From assembly GCA_963833095.1 (NCBI GenBank), contig CAWHWQ010000002.1:192001-256000 (forward strand): a DNA stretch of 64,000 nt, given 5' to 3'. The notes under the pieces are model-generated. The model was not told where the DNA came from and did no database searches. It was given only the letters and a program-made list of their open reading frames with translations. The stretch comes from Vulcanimicrobiota bacterium. GTDB lineage: Bacteria > Vulcanimicrobiota > Vulcanimicrobiia > Vulcanimicrobiales > Vulcanimicrobiaceae. A program made the translations under genes and the position numbers. Every line of letters begins with the position of its first letter. Position 1 is the first letter of the stretch. Shown piece after piece: positions 17,333-29,169 of the stretch.

Positions 17333-19251
17333 CGCGGGAGTGGCTCTGCGCGAACGGCTTGGGCAGTTATGCATCCGGCACGCGCAGTGACGCGCTGACG
17401 CGACGCTACCACGGACTGCTCGTCGCAGCGCTCGACCCACCGCTCGGACGCCGCGTGCTTTTCAGCAAACTCGACACCTCGGTGGAGTATTGCGGCAAGC
17501 GTACCGACCTCTCCGCAAATCGCTGGCAAGACGGGACGCTGGCGCCGCACGGCGATGTCACGATCGTCGATTTTCGTCTCGAAGGCGCCGTGCCCGTCTG
17601 GACCTACGCCGTCGCCGACGCCCTACTCGAACGACGTATCTGGATGGAGTACGGCGCTCATACCACGCACATCGAGTGGACGCTACGCGACGCGAGCGCA
17701 TCGATGGATCTGACGCTCAAGGCTTACGTGAACGATCGCGACTACCACGCGCTCACCGCGGCCTACGACGTTGCCGACGTCGCGCGCATCGACGGCGAGC
17801 TGGTCACCGTGCGCATGGGCGAGGGCATGCCGTGGTACTTGCGCGCGCCGGGCGCGCAATTCGAGGAAGGCCAGCAGTGGTACTACGGCTTTCGCTACGA
17901 CGCCGAAGCGGAACGAGGACTCGACGATCGCGAGGATCTCTATCACGCGGTGACGATTCACGCGCAACTGCCGGCGCCCGGCGCGACGCTACGCATCAGC
18001 GCATCGCTGGATTCCACCGAACCGGCCGCGCGCAATCCACACGCGCGGGAGAGCGAGCTGCTCGAGCGCTGGCGCAAAGCCCATCCAGCGATCGAGAATG
18101 CTCCGCAATGGATCGAGCGCCTCGTTCTCGCGGCCGACGCGTTTATCGTCGCACGCGCGGTCGACGGTGTGCCGGGATCAACCGTCATTGCGGGCTACCA
18201 CTGGTTCGGCGATTGGGGGCGCGATACGATGATCGCTCTTCCCGGACTCGCGCTTAGCACCGGACGCGTCGACGTCGCGCGCACGATTCTCGAAACTTTC
18301 GCGCGCTTCATCGATCGAGGGATGCTGCCGAACCGTTTCCCCGACAGCGGCGCGCCGCCTGAATATAACACCGCCGACGCGGCGTTATGGTTTATCGAGA
18401 CCGTGCGCCTCTATCACGCCGTCACGCGCGACCGCTCGCTGATCGAGTCGCTCTTTGACACCTTACACGAGATCATCGCGTGGTATGAGCGTGGGACCCG
18501 CTACGGCATCGCGGTCGATCCGCGTGACGGACTCATCCGCGCGGGTGAACCCGGCGTGCAACTCACGTGGATGGACGCCAAAATCGGCGACTGGGTCGTG
18601 ACGCCACGCATCGGCAAACCAATTGAAATCAACGCCTTGTGGTACAACGCGCTGTGCACGATGGACGGGTTCGCGCAGCTGCTCGGACGCGATACCTCGC
18701 GCTATCGCGCGCTCGGTACGGCAGCGCGCGCATCGTTCGAGCGTTTCTGGAATCCGGCCGAGAAGTATCCCTACGACGTGCTCGACGGACCCGATGGTAA
18801 CGATACGTCGATCCGGGCGAATGCCGTGTACGCGGTCGCCTTGCCGTTTCGAGCCTTCGAGAGCCTGCGCGAACGCGCGATCGTCGACCGTCTTGAACAC
18901 GAGCTGTGGACCCCAATGGGATTGCGCTCGCTCTCGCCCGCCGATCCGGCATACACCGGGCATTACGGGGGCTCACCGCACGATCGCGACGCCGCCTATC
19001 ATCGCGGCACTGCGTGGCCCTTCCTCGCGGGAGCATTTGCCCGCGCTTACGCGAATGCTTACGGGGACCGGACACGCGCGCTGCGCTTCATCGACGCGCT
19101 GGGTTCACGCTTGGATAGCTACGGCATGGGAACACTAGCCGAAATCGCCGACGGCGACGCGCCCAACGAGGCTCGCGGCTGCATCGCCCAAGCCTGGAGC
19201 GTCGGCGAAGTACTACGCACCTGGCACGCCTTACAGGGGAGCGAGGAATGA
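17329..19251 (+). CDS. Amylo-alpha-1,6-glucosidase / glycogen debranching enzyme (GH133-like)
   Basis: REWLCANGLGSYASGT, TRRYHGLL, AGYHWFGDWGRDTMI, LTWMDAK and AQAWSV motifs. Confidence 0.92.
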   Translation: MTREWLCANGLGSYASGTRSDALTRRYHGLLVAALDPPLGRRVLFSKLDTSVEYCGKRTDLSANRWQDGTLAPHGDVTIVDFRLEGAVPVWTYAVADALLERRIWMEYGAHTTHIEWTLRDASASMDLTLKAYVNDRDYHALTAAYDVADVARIDGELVTVRMGEGMPWYLRAPGAQFEEGQQWYYGFRYDAEAERGLDDREDLYHAVTIHAQLPAPGATLRISASLDSTEPAARNPHARESELLERWRKAHPAIENAPQWIERLVLAADAFIVARAVDGVPGSTVIAGYHWFGDWGRDTMIALPGLALSTGRVDVARTILETFARFIDRGMLPNRFPDSGAPPEYNTADAALWFIETVRLYHAVTRDRSLIESLFDTLHEIIAWYERGTRYGIAVDPRDGLIRAGEPGVQLTWMDAKIGDWVVTPRIGKPIEINALWYNALCTMDGFAQLLGRDTSRYRALGTAARASFERFWNPAEKYPYDVLDGPDGNDTSIRANAVYAVALPFRAFESLRERAIVDRLEHELWTPMGLRSLSPADPAYTGHYGGSPHDRDAAYHRGTAWPFLAGAFARAYANAYGDRTRALRFIDALGSRLDSYGMGTLAEIADGDAPNEARGCIAQAWSVGEVLRTWHALQGSEE

Positions 19252-21890
19252 TCGAGCCACCGACCGCCGAGCACGGCCGCATGTTCGAGCATGCCGAGCG
19301 CCATAAGTGGCGAGCGTGGGGACCGTACGTAAGCGATCGGCAATGGGGAACGGTGCGTGAGGACTACAGCGCGACCGGCGAAGCGTGGGACTACTTTCCG
19401 TTCGACATCGCGCATCAGCGCGTTTATCGCTGGGGTGAAGACGGCATCTTCGGTATCTCCGACCTTGCCCAGCATCTGTGCTTTGGCCTCGCGATGTGGA
19501 ACGGCAACGACGACCGCATCAAGGAGCGCCTTTTTGGTCTTTCCGGATCGCAAGGCAATCACGGCGAGGACGTCAAGGAGTACTACTACCACCTCGACAA
19601 CCTGCCGTCGCACGCTTACATGCGCGCGCTTTACAAGTATCCGCAGGCCGCGTTTCCATATCGCGATCTAATCGAAGAAAATCGCCGCCGCTCGCGCCAG
19701 CAGTCCGAATACGAATTAATCGATACCGGGATCTTCGACGACAACGCCTACTTCGACGTCGAGATCGAATACGCCAAGGCCTCGTTCGACGACATCCTCA
19801 TTCGCGTGCACGCCACCAACCGCGGATCCGCGGCGCACGCCCTGCACCTGCTGCCGACACTGTGGTTTCGAAACGAGTGGTCCTGGCGCGAAGGCATCGA
19901 GCGTTCTTCGATCGAGCTGCGCCACCACGTACACGGCATTCACGCGGTGGTCGCACATCAAGGCAATCTCGGTGACTACTGGTTCTACGCCAAGGACGCA
20001 ACGGCGATGCTCTTTACCGAGAACGAGACGAACTTCGAAAGCCTCTACGGTGTGCCTAACCGAATGCCGCGTGTTAAAGACGGTGTCGGCCGTTTTCTCG
20101 TGCACGGCGAAGCCGCTGCCGTCGACGATATCCGCGGCACCAAGTGCAGCGCCCACTATTCGATGACACTCGGACCAGGTGAGACGCGTACGATCGAGCT
20201 ACGCCTTTCAAAAGACGTTCACGATCCGCCCTTTGGTGCCGCGTTCGACAGCGCGTTCACGACACGAATCGAGGAAGCCGACGCGTTCTACGAGGAGATC
20301 AACCCCTTTCACGCCGACACGGAAGCGCGGCGCGTACAGCGACAGGCCTTTGCCGGCCTTCTATGGACGAAACAGTTCTATCACTACAACGTGCCCCGTT
20401 GGCTTCACGGCGATCCCCTCCAGCCCACGCCGCCGGAACAGCGGCTTTCCGGGCGCAACCATGAGTGGAGCAACTTCGATTCGGCCGAGGTCATGTCGAT
20501 GCCGGACAAGTGGGAGTATCCTTGGTTTGCCGCGTGGGACCTTGCCTTTCACACGGTTGCGTTCGCGTTGATCGATCCGGCGTTTGCCAAAAGCCAGCTG
20601 GTGCTGCTTGCGCGCGAGTGGTTCATGCATGGCAACGGTCAGCTCCCCGCCTACGAGTGGGCCTTCGGCGACGTGAACCCTCCGGTTCACGCATGGGCGG
20701 CGCTGCGCATTTACCACATCGAGCAAAAGGAGCACGGGCGCGGCGACATTGCGTTTCTCGAACGCATCTTCCAGAAATTGCTTCTCAATTTCACGTGGTG
20801 GGTCAATCGCAAAGATGCGCAAGGAAACAACGTCTTTCAAGGCGGCTTCCTGGGCCTGGACAACATCGGCGTCTTCGACCGCAGCAAGCCGCTGCCCACC
20901 GGCGGATTCTTGAATCAATCCGACGGCACGAGTTGGATGGGCGTGTATACGCTCAATATGCTCGCGATCGCGATCGAACTTGCGATGCACAACAATGTCT
21001 ACGAAGACATTGCGATCAAGTTCTTCGAGCATTTTCTCTACATCGCCGACGCGATGAATCACCTCGGCGGATCGGGCCTATGGAATCACGAAGACGGTTT
21101 TTACTACGATATGCTGATGCTCGATGACGGCCAAACGATGCCGATGCGCATTCACTCCATGGTCGGGCTGCTTCCATTGCTCGCCGTCGAAATCATCGAA
21201 CCCGAAGAGTTCGATGCGCTGCCCGAATTCAAGCGCCGCGTCGAGTGGTTTATCAACCATCGTCCCGAACTGGCGCGTAACGTTGCAAGCATCGATGAGA
21301 TGGGCGTCGGGCAACGCCGCTTGCTCTCGATCGTCAGCCGCGACCGATTGGCGCGCATTCTCAAGACGATGCTCGACGAGGACGAGTTTCTCAGTCCGTA
21401 CGGGCTGCGCGCACTCTCCCGCTATCACAAAGAGCATCCCTTCGTTCTCCGCTTGGACGGACACGAATACCGAGTCGATTACGAGCCGGCCGAATCGACG
21501 AGCGGACTCTTCGGCGGCAATTCCAACTGGCGCGGGCCGGTTTGGTATCCGCTCAACTACTTGCTGATCGAAGCGCTCCAGAAGTTCCACTACTACTACG
21601 GTGGCACGCTCAAGGTTGAGTCACCGACCGGAAGCGGCAACATGTGCGATTTGTGGGAGGTCAGTGCGATGCTCTCCAATCGACTCATCAATCTCTTTCT
21701 CCCGGACGAGAACGGCCATCGTCCCGTGTTCGGCGGGGTCGAGAAATTCAATACCGAGCTTTGGCGCGACAACATCCTGTTTTACGAATACTTCCACGGC
21801 GACAACGGGGCCGGGATCGGGGCCAGCCATCAGACCGGCTGGACGGCGCTGGTTGCAAAGCTCATCGAACAGCGCAGCGAATACGGTTAG
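19248..21890 (+). CDS. GH63 / MGH1-like glycoside hydrolase
   Basis: WGPYVSDRQWGTVREDYS, MPDKWEYPWFAAWD, GGNSNWRGPVW and GASHQTGWT motifs. Confidence 0.92.
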   Translation: MIEPPTAEHGRMFEHAERHKWRAWGPYVSDRQWGTVREDYSATGEAWDYFPFDIAHQRVYRWGEDGIFGISDLAQHLCFGLAMWNGNDDRIKERLFGLSGSQGNHGEDVKEYYYHLDNLPSHAYMRALYKYPQAAFPYRDLIEENRRRSRQQSEYELIDTGIFDDNAYFDVEIEYAKASFDDILIRVHATNRGSAAHALHLLPTLWFRNEWSWREGIERSSIELRHHVHGIHAVVAHQGNLGDYWFYAKDATAMLFTENETNFESLYGVPNRMPRVKDGVGRFLVHGEAAAVDDIRGTKCSAHYSMTLGPGETRTIELRLSKDVHDPPFGAAFDSAFTTRIEEADAFYEEINPFHADTEARRVQRQAFAGLLWTKQFYHYNVPRWLHGDPLQPTPPEQRLSGRNHEWSNFDSAEVMSMPDKWEYPWFAAWDLAFHTVAFALIDPAFAKSQLVLLAREWFMHGNGQLPAYEWAFGDVNPPVHAWAALRIYHIEQKEHGRGDIAFLERIFQKLLLNFTWWVNRKDAQGNNVFQGGFLGLDNIGVFDRSKPLPTGGFLNQSDGTSWMGVYTLNMLAIAIELAMHNNVYEDIAIKFFEHFLYIADAMNHLGGSGLWNHEDGFYYDMLMLDDGQTMPMRIHSMVGLLPLLAVEIIEPEEFDALPEFKRRVEWFINHRPELARNVASIDEMGVGQRRLLSIVSRDRLARILKTMLDEDEFLSPYGLRALSRYHKEHPFVLRLDGHEYRVDYEPAESTSGLFGGNSNWRGPVWYPLNYLLIEALQKFHYYYGGTLKVESPTGSGNMCDLWEVSAMLSNRLINLFLPDENGHRPVFGGVEKFNTELWRDNILFYEYFHGDNGAGIGASHQTGWTALVAKLIEQRSEYG

Positions 21891-23160
21891 ATGGCCCGCT
21901 ACCCGCACATCCCCTCACACGTCGTGATCCTTTCCTTCGAGGGCCCGGATCGTTATTCGATGGTGGGTGGCCTCGGCGTGCGCGTGAGCGAACTGGCGAT
22001 CGCGCTCGACGAAGCGAGCATCAAGACCGACCTGATCTTCGTCGGCGATCCCAATCTCAAACCCGTCGAATCGCGCGGGAACACGCTGACGTGGCGCCGC
22101 TGGTGCCAGTGGATCTCGGCCCATCATCCGCTGGGCGTCTACGACGGCGAGTGGGGCAAGATGGAAGATTATCGCAATTCGGTTCCATCCTTTCTCCTCG
22201 ATGAGATCCTGCGGCCCGCGGACGCGCGCGGTTCGCGCGTGCTGGTGATGGCCGAAGATTGGCAGGTCGTACCAGCGGTCTTGACCCTCGACCGAATCGC
22301 GCGCGAGGCGGGATTGCGCGACGCCCTCACGATCGTTTGGAATGCGAACAACACCTACGGCTTTGCGACCATCGACTTTCACGCGCTGGCGCAAGCGGCA
22401 ACGATGACGTGCGTGAGCCGCTACATGAAGTTCGAGCTCGCGCAGCATGGCGCGCAAGCGCTGGTGATTCCCAACGGCATTCCCGAGCGCGTCTTCGCGG
22501 AAGCGAGCGCCGCCGGCGCGGCCTATCTACGTCGCATGCTTGGCAACCGTCACATGCTGCTCAAAGTTGGCCGCTTTGATCCCGACAAACGCTGGCTGCA
22601 AGCAATCGATGCCGTCGCCGACCTGCGCGCGCAGGGCGTTCCGGTGCAGGCTCGTTGTGCGCGGCGGCAAGGAGCCGTACGCTGCGGAGGTCTTCGCCCG
22701 CGCGCACGCCCGCGGTCTCGTAATCGACGACGTGCACCTCGAGGCACCGTCGGCCGAATCACTGGCCGGCGTGCTGGCGAACTCGCACGCCGACGTCGTC
22801 AACATTCGCAGCTTTCTACCCGACGAGTTGCTCTACACGCTCTATGCAGCGGCCGACGCCGTTCTGGCCAACAGCGGGAAAGAGCCCTTTGGCCTGGTGG
22901 GGCTCGAGGTCATGGCCTCGGGCGGTGTCGCGGTCTGCGGCTCGACCGGTGAAGACTATGCGCGTGCGTTCGACAACGCGATCGTCTGCGACACCGCCGA
23001 TCCCGCCGAACTTGCTAGCTATCTCGAACGGCTGTGGAGCGATCCGGGGCAGCGCGAACGCTTGATCGAAAGCGCCAACGCCACCGCGCGACAATTCACG
23101 TGGCCGTGCGCTCTCGATATTCTCGACGCAAAACTCGCGTTTGTGAACCTCGGCGCGTGA
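21891..23160 (+). CDS. Glycosyltransferase family 4 (frameshift near 22650)
   Basis: GGLG, VIPNGI and KVGRFDPDK in the first frame. EPFGLVGLEVMASG in the second frame. Confidence 0.85.
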
Positions 23161-24428
23161 GCGAGCTCCAAACCGATGTCGTTGTTCTTGGCGCAGGAGC
23201 AGCGGGACTTGCCGCTGCACGCCGCCTGCACGAACGCGACATCAACTTTCTGGTGCTCGAAGCGCGCGACCGCGTCGGCGGTCGCGCCCATACGCTCTCC
23301 TCGATCTACGGTTCCTATCCGATCGAACTCGGTGCCGAATTCATCCATGGAGCCGCAGCATCAACGCGCGCATTGATGCGTGAGATCGGCGAAGAGGCTG
23401 TCCCGAGCAGTGGACGATCCTTTCGCATGGAAAGAGGCCGGCTCGAACCCGAGTCGGATCGTTGGTCGACGACCGAGCGCGTGTTACGCCGCGTCGATAT
23501 TAGCGGGCCCGATCAAAGCGTCGCCGCGTTCCTCGATGCCATTCCGCCCGAAGACCTTTCTGCCGATCAACGCGCGGACGTATGCGGGGTGGTCGAGGGG
23601 TTCGACGCCGCAAACGTCGGGGACGCAAGCGTCATCGGCATCGCCAATGAATGGCGCAGCGGTGTGAATGACACCGCACATCGCCCGCTGCGCGGCTACG
23701 CTCCGGTGATGCAGCACTTGGCCCGTATCGCCGGCGAGCGCCTCCATTTGCAAACGGTGGTGACGCGCGTCACATGGTCGCCTCATGATGTCACCATCGA
23801 GGCGACGCGCGACGGTGAGCCGCTACGCGTGCGCGCGAAACGCGCGATCGTCACCTTTCCGGTCGGCGTACTCCAAGCCCACGAAGCGCTCTTCGCGCCC
23901 GCACTTCCCCCAGCAAAGCGTGCCGCCATCGACGCGATCGCCATGGGTCCGGTGTTCAAAGTCATGCTTGAATTTCGGACCGCCTTTTGGGACCGGGTTG
24001 AGAACGGACGCTATCGCGACGCCGGCTTTTTTCAACTGAACGGGCCGCTGCGCGCGTTATGGGCACGTTTTCCCGATCGCTCGCCGGTGCTCTCGGGATG
24101 GGCGGGCGGCGGCGCGGTGCAGCGGCTGGTCGAGCAAGGTGTTGATCCCGTTGCAGCGGCTCTTGCCACGACCACAACGCTCTTTCCGACGGTTGACGTC
24201 AGCGCCGAGCTGCGCAACACGTATCTTCACGACTGGCAAGCGGATCGGTTTGCGCTGGGTGCGTACAGCTATCTTCGCGTCGGCGGCGCTGACGCGCGCG
24301 AGCGCCTCGCCCATCCGATCGGTGACACCTTGTTTTTTGCGGGCGAAGCCGCCTCGAGCGACGACTCGGGCACGGTCGCCGGCGCGCTCGACAGCGGCTA
24401 TTTGTCGTCGGAGTTGATCGCCAAGTAG
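23157..24428 (+). CDS. Flavin-containing amine oxidoreductase
   Basis: VLGAGAAGL, LEARDRVGGR, ELGAEFIHG and FFAGEA...GTVAGALDSG motifs. Confidence 0.9.
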   Translation: MSELQTDVVVLGAGAAGLAAARRLHERDINFLVLEARDRVGGRAHTLSSIYGSYPIELGAEFIHGAAASTRALMREIGEEAVPSSGRSFRMERGRLEPESDRWSTTERVLRRVDISGPDQSVAAFLDAIPPEDLSADQRADVCGVVEGFDAANVGDASVIGIANEWRSGVNDTAHRPLRGYAPVMQHLARIAGERLHLQTVVTRVTWSPHDVTIEATRDGEPLRVRAKRAIVTFPVGVLQAHEALFAPALPPAKRAAIDAIAMGPVFKVMLEFRTAFWDRVENGRYRDAGFFQLNGPLRALWARFPDRSPVLSGWAGGGAVQRLVEQGVDPVAAALATTTTLFPTVDVSAELRNTYLHDWQADRFALGAYSYLRVGGADARERLAHPIGDTLFFAGEAASSDDSGTVAGALDSGYLSSELIAK

Positions 24429-24931
24429 GTCACGACGTCCCACGCGTTGTGAATGCCGACAAAGATCAGCAGCATCGTCGACGCTGCTACCACATACGAC
24501 GCATCGTCTGGAATGAGCGGGAGAGAAAAACTCCCTGCGCAGAGCATAAGATACGCGATAAACGGCAGAATGATAAACCAAATCCAGTCGCCTCGATCTG
24601 CGTTGTATGTCGTGAGTTTGCGCGCGCGATATCCCGTGTTCACGGCATAGGCGGCTCCAAAAAGGCCCGCGAGGCCGATCAAAATAGCGGCGTAGACCGC
24701 CGAGTGCCACGGCGCGGCAAAGATACCGGAGACGAAAAACGCGGCGCAAAAATGCACCACTGTCGGCGAGCTGAAGATCGACGTTCCGTCACTCGTCGTC
24801 GAGATGGCCGTGCGCCGCCGATCGGCCGCAAGTGTTACGACGATAAACACGAGGCCCGTCAATGCCGCCGACGACGATCCGGCGATGACGTAAAAGTTCT
24901 CCCACGCTTTGAAGATCGATGGCTCGTTCAT
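24398..24931 (-). CDS. Hypothetical integral membrane protein
   Basis: WENFYVIAGSSSAALTGLVF...GIHNAWD; about 5 TM segments. Confidence 0.75.
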   Translation of the reverse strand: MNEPSIFKAWENFYVIAGSSSAALTGLVFIVVTLAADRRRTAISTTSDGTSIFSSPTVVHFCAAFFVSGIFAAPWHSAVYAAILIGLAGLFGAAYAVNTGYRARKLTTYNADRGDWIWFIILPFIAYLMLCAGSFSLPLIPDDASYVVAASTMLLIFVGIHNAWDVVTYLAINSDDK

Positions 24932-27433
24932 ACGCCGGCGAGTTGCCCGATGCGCGTTCCCATGCGCTCCGCGTAGGCGTAGGCCTCGCCGTCGCTTGGG
25001 GCCTCGGCGTAGACGCTGAATGTTGGATCCGATGCGTCGGGCAACACCAGCACCCAGCCGTCGTCGTGGCGCACGCGCAAACCCTCGAACAGTTCGATCT
25101 GATCGCGCTGCTGTTCGGCGATGAGCGAGCGCATGACGCGACCCTTGTGTTCCCACGGACACGGAACCGTCACGGTCGCGACATGCCACTCCGGCAGCAT
25201 GTCGACCAGCTCGCTGAGCCGGCGTCCCTCGCGTCCGAGCAGTTCCATGACCTTGGCCGATCCGTAAAGCGCGTCGAACGCCGGATGGAGTTCGGGAAAC
25301 ACGACCTCGTGATTCGCACCGCCGACGAACGCCAACTCGCGTCCGCGCGATTCGGCTAGCGCCATCAGCGAGCGGCGGTCGCTACGCGCGCGAATGACGG
25401 TCGCTCCGTAGCTCTGCGCAATACCTTCGATCGCCGCCGGCGCCATCACCGGCACGGCAACCGCCTTTGCACCCGCGCGCACGACCATCAGCGTGAGCAG
25501 CGCAATGAGTTCGTTGCCGTCGACGATGCGCCCGCGATCGTCGACCAGCGCAAACGTCTCGCCGTCGTGATCCAGCAAGATCCCAAGATCGGCATGCAAC
25601 GTACCCACGATATCGCTCAACTGCGCGAGCGAGTGGGTCCGGTCGTCGCTAACCGCGTGCACGCGATTGTCGTCGAAATAGGCATTGAGCGAAATCGTCT
25701 CGATGTCCAAGCTTGCTCAGAATGCGCGGCAGCACCAGCGACGCGTTGCCCTTGGCGTAATCGATCACGACGCGGAAGCGCTTCTCAGCCATACGCCTGC
25801 GGGCGCGAGCGCCGAAAGAAACGCGCCGGTGTAACTTTCGAGCGCGCGAGCCGGAAAATCGAAGAGCCCGACGTCGTCCATCGCGACACGGCGGAAATCC
25901 TCACGGAAAAATAGGTTCTCGATCTTGCGTTCGGTCGCTTTATCCACGTTGATGCCGCTGCGATCGAAAAACTCGACCAGCAACGAATGCGGATCTCCCG
26001 GAGCGATGCGCACGTGAACGCCGCCGTTCCCACCGATGCGCATCGCGAAGCGTGAGAGTGGCAGCGGGTACGATCGCAAGTCCTCGACATTGACGCCGAC
26101 GCTGAGCAGTCCCGAGATGATGCAACGGTTCATGATGCGGCTGCTGGGATGGGTGTCGCGCGCTGGTCATCACCGCTTCGCCGGGGCGAAGATAGGATCC
26201 AAACGCTTGCCCGAGCTTGAGAGCGAACTCCGGTGTGATCTCGAAATTTGCAAGACCGGTAACACCGACGCCGCCGAAGAGCGAACCCGGCCACTTGATG
26301 CCGTAGATCAGCGACATCGACACGATCGCACCCGAGCGTCACGTACTTTTCCGGCCACAGCTCGCAAGTGCGGACGAATCACCGCCGATTCGCCGATCAT
26401 GCAACGCTCACCGATGACCGCGCCTTCGCCGATCGACGCGCGCGCCTTGACGATGGTGCGATTCGCGACCGTACAATCGGTGAGGTGCGCGTCGTCGCCA
26501 ACGTACACGTTTTCCCACAGCACCGCGCGATTTACGCGCGCCCCGGCTTCGACGATCGAGCCATCGCCAATACATGCCGGACCTTCGATCTGCACGCCGG
26601 GTCCGACTGTGACGCCGTTGCCGAATTGCACGTGCCCCGTGATCGAGGCGCTCGGATCGACCGTGCAGCCGGCGCCGGCCCACACCTGCGCACCGATTTG
26701 GTTAGGTGGGCGTTGCGTGCGCACCGCGCCCGAGAGCGCGTCGTAGTTGGCTTGCTGGTACTGTTGCAGGTTCCCGATGTCGGTCCAATAGTCCGAGATC
26801 ACGTGCCCGCCAAGCCGCTTTCCGTCGCGCAGCAGCAGCGGAAAAATATCCTTGGAAAAATCGTAGGTCTTGCCCGGCTCCATGTAGCCGAATACCTCGG
26901 GCTCGAGCACGTAGATCCCGGTGTTGATCGTGTCGGAGAAGACCTCTCCCCACGAAGGCTTTTCCATAAAGCGCGTGATGCGACCGTCATCATCGGTGAT
27001 CACCACGCCGAATTCGAGCGGGTTGTTGACCCGCCATAGCGCGATTGTTGCGACGTTGCCGGCGCTCCGATGCGCGCCGATCAACGATGTGAGGTCGATA
27101 TCCGTCATCGCATCGCCCGAAATAATGACGAAGGTGTCGCCCTCGAGCAGCTCTTGCGCCATCTTGACCGCGCCCGCCGTACCCAGCGGCGTGTCCTCGA
27201 CGACGTATTGCATCGTTACGCCCAGCGCCGAGCCGTCGCCAAAATACGTCTCGATTTCGTCAGCCAGGTAGTGAAGCGTCGCGACGACGTCGGTAATGCC
27301 GTGGTGCGCCAAGCAGTTCGACGATGTGATGCATCACCGGCTTGTTGGCGATGGGCGCGAGGGGCTTGGGACGGCGCGACGTCAGTGGGCGTAAGCGCGA
27401 GCCTTCACCGCCGGCCATCACCACCGCTTTCAT
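24928..27433 (-). CDS. Mannose-1-phosphate guanylyltransferase / phosphomannomutase-like fusion (several frameshifts)
   Basis: [35 protein letters not shown], a hexapeptide-repeat LbH region, then PMM-like domains ([17 protein letters not shown]). Confidence 0.85.
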
Positions 27434-29169
27434 CGGGTCCCTCCCTCTCGCGGCCGTTCCTCGCGTAGCGCGCGAACGATCGCAGCAAAGATCGGATGCG
27501 CCGGAAGCGCATCGATCGGTACGGCGAGCTTGCGCTGCCAATTCGGCTCCTCGTCGACCGTGCCGGGAACGTTTACCTGATCGAGCGAGCCGATCCCGTC
27601 TTCGAGTTGCAAAAGCACCAGGCGCGAGCGCGACCGCGCAAGGTAACGATAGGCGCCAACCAGCAGGCTCGTCAATTGGTCGCCGTCAACTTCGATGCCG
27701 GACGAGCGCAACGCGTCGAGCAGCTGCTCGCGCGTCGTTCCATCAGCCCGGTTCCACCAGCCGGCAAGCGTCGGCAGGTCGTGCGTTCCGGTGCTCGCCA
27801 CCGCTTGGGCCGGATAGTCGCCGGGTGCGCGAAAGCGGCCGCCCCATTCGCGTTCGAAGTAGAGGACGCTGCACGAAAAGACGCGCGCCTGCGTCGTGCG
27901 TTCGCGAAAGCCTTCGGGCACGGTGCCCAGATCCTCGCCGACGATCATGCAGCGATTGCGCACGCTTTCAAGCGCGACGATCCCAAGCATCGCGTCGAAA
28001 TCGTAGTTTACGTAGGCACCGCCGCTGTCCGGCAGCGCGCGCGGGATGCAAAACAGCCGTCGCAGGCCCATGACGTGATCGATGCGCAACGCCCCGGCGT
28101 GACGCATGTTTGCGCGCAGCAGCTCGACGAAAGGTTGGTAGGCACGCTCACGCAGCACGCGCGGGTGAAACGGCGGCAGCCCCCAGTTTTGCCCCGCCGC
28201 GTTGAGCGGATCGGGCGGCGCGCCGACCGATAGCCCGAGCGCGTACGCCGACGGATCGCTCCAGACATCGGCGCTAGCCAGATCGACGCCGACCGCGAGA
28301 TCGCGATAGAGCCCGATCGGCATCGTGCTCGCAGCGCTCGCCGCCTTCGCGAGCTGCCGATCGGCCAGCCACTGGAGGAACACGAAGAAGTCGACACGCT
28401 GCGCATGCTGCGCTGCGAAGCGCTCGACCGCCGCGCCGCGCGCATCTTGGAGTTGCGCCGGCCACTGTTGCCAGCTATACACCTGCGGATCGAGCGCGCA
28501 CAATTCTTCCATGATCGCTTCGTAGAGCGCAACCTCGCGCACCCCGGGATTATCCGCCGCGAAGTCTTGCCAGGGGCGGCGCCCACGCAACCATTCGAAG
28601 CAGCGCTCGAGCGCGTCGAGTTTATAGGCCGCAACGCCGCGATAGTCGACCAGCGGCGCATCGCGCAAAACGCGCGTATCGAAGCCCTCCAGCAAAACAC
28701 CGAATTCGGATGCGACGGCGGACACATCTATGTAGAGCGCATTGAGGAAGCACCGGCTCAGCGGCGCATAGGGACTCGCCGCCGACGGATTGCTCAGATG
28801 CGACGCGTGCAAGGGGTTGAGCGCGACCGCGGACGCGCCCAGTTGAGCGGCCATCGCGGCGAGCCGCGCGAGATCGCCGAAATCACCGATGCCATCGTTG
28901 GATGCCGAGCGCAGCGAATAAAGCTGTGCAGCGATGCCCCATGCGGGTCTGCTTTCGAGCTCGGGGGGAACGTAGGCGCGCTCAGGCACGACGATCAGGT
29001 TATCGTAGTAGCCGATCTCCATCGGTGAATCGAGCAGATCGACGCGCACCACGCGGACCGCCGGCGCATCACTCGTCTCTTCGCCAAGCGCATCGCGCAT
29101 CGCCGCCATCGTCGCGTCGGAAACGCTCACGGGATTTCCGAACGCGTCGGCGTAGCGATCGTCGATCAT
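27430..29169 (-). CDS. malQ: 4-alpha-glucanotransferase (GH77)
   Basis: [39 protein letters not shown] and STGTHD motifs. Confidence 0.93.
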   Translation of the reverse strand: MIDDRYADAFGNPVSVSDATMAAMRDALGEETSDAPAVRVVRVDLLDSPMEIGYYDNLIVVPERAYVPPELESRPAWGIAAQLYSLRSASNDGIGDFGDLARLAAMAAQLGASAVALNPLHASHLSNPSAASPYAPLSRCFLNALYIDVSAVASEFGVLLEGFDTRVLRDAPLVDYRGVAAYKLDALERCFEWLRGRRPWQDFAADNPGVREVALYEAIMEELCALDPQVYSWQQWPAQLQDARGAAVERFAAQHAQRVDFFVFLQWLADRQLAKAASAASTMPIGLYRDLAVGVDLASADVWSDPSAYALGLSVGAPPDPLNAAGQNWGLPPFHPRVLRERAYQPFVELLRANMRHAGALRIDHVMGLRRLFCIPRALPDSGGAYVNYDFDAMLGIVALESVRNRCMIVGEDLGTVPEGFRERTTQARVFSCSVLYFEREWGGRFRAPGDYPAQAVASTGTHDLPTLAGWWNRADGTTREQLLDALRSSGIEVDGDQLTSLLVGAYRYLARSRSRLVLLQLEDGIGSLDQVNVPGTVDEEPNWQRKLAVPIDALPAHPIFAAIVRALREERPREGGTR

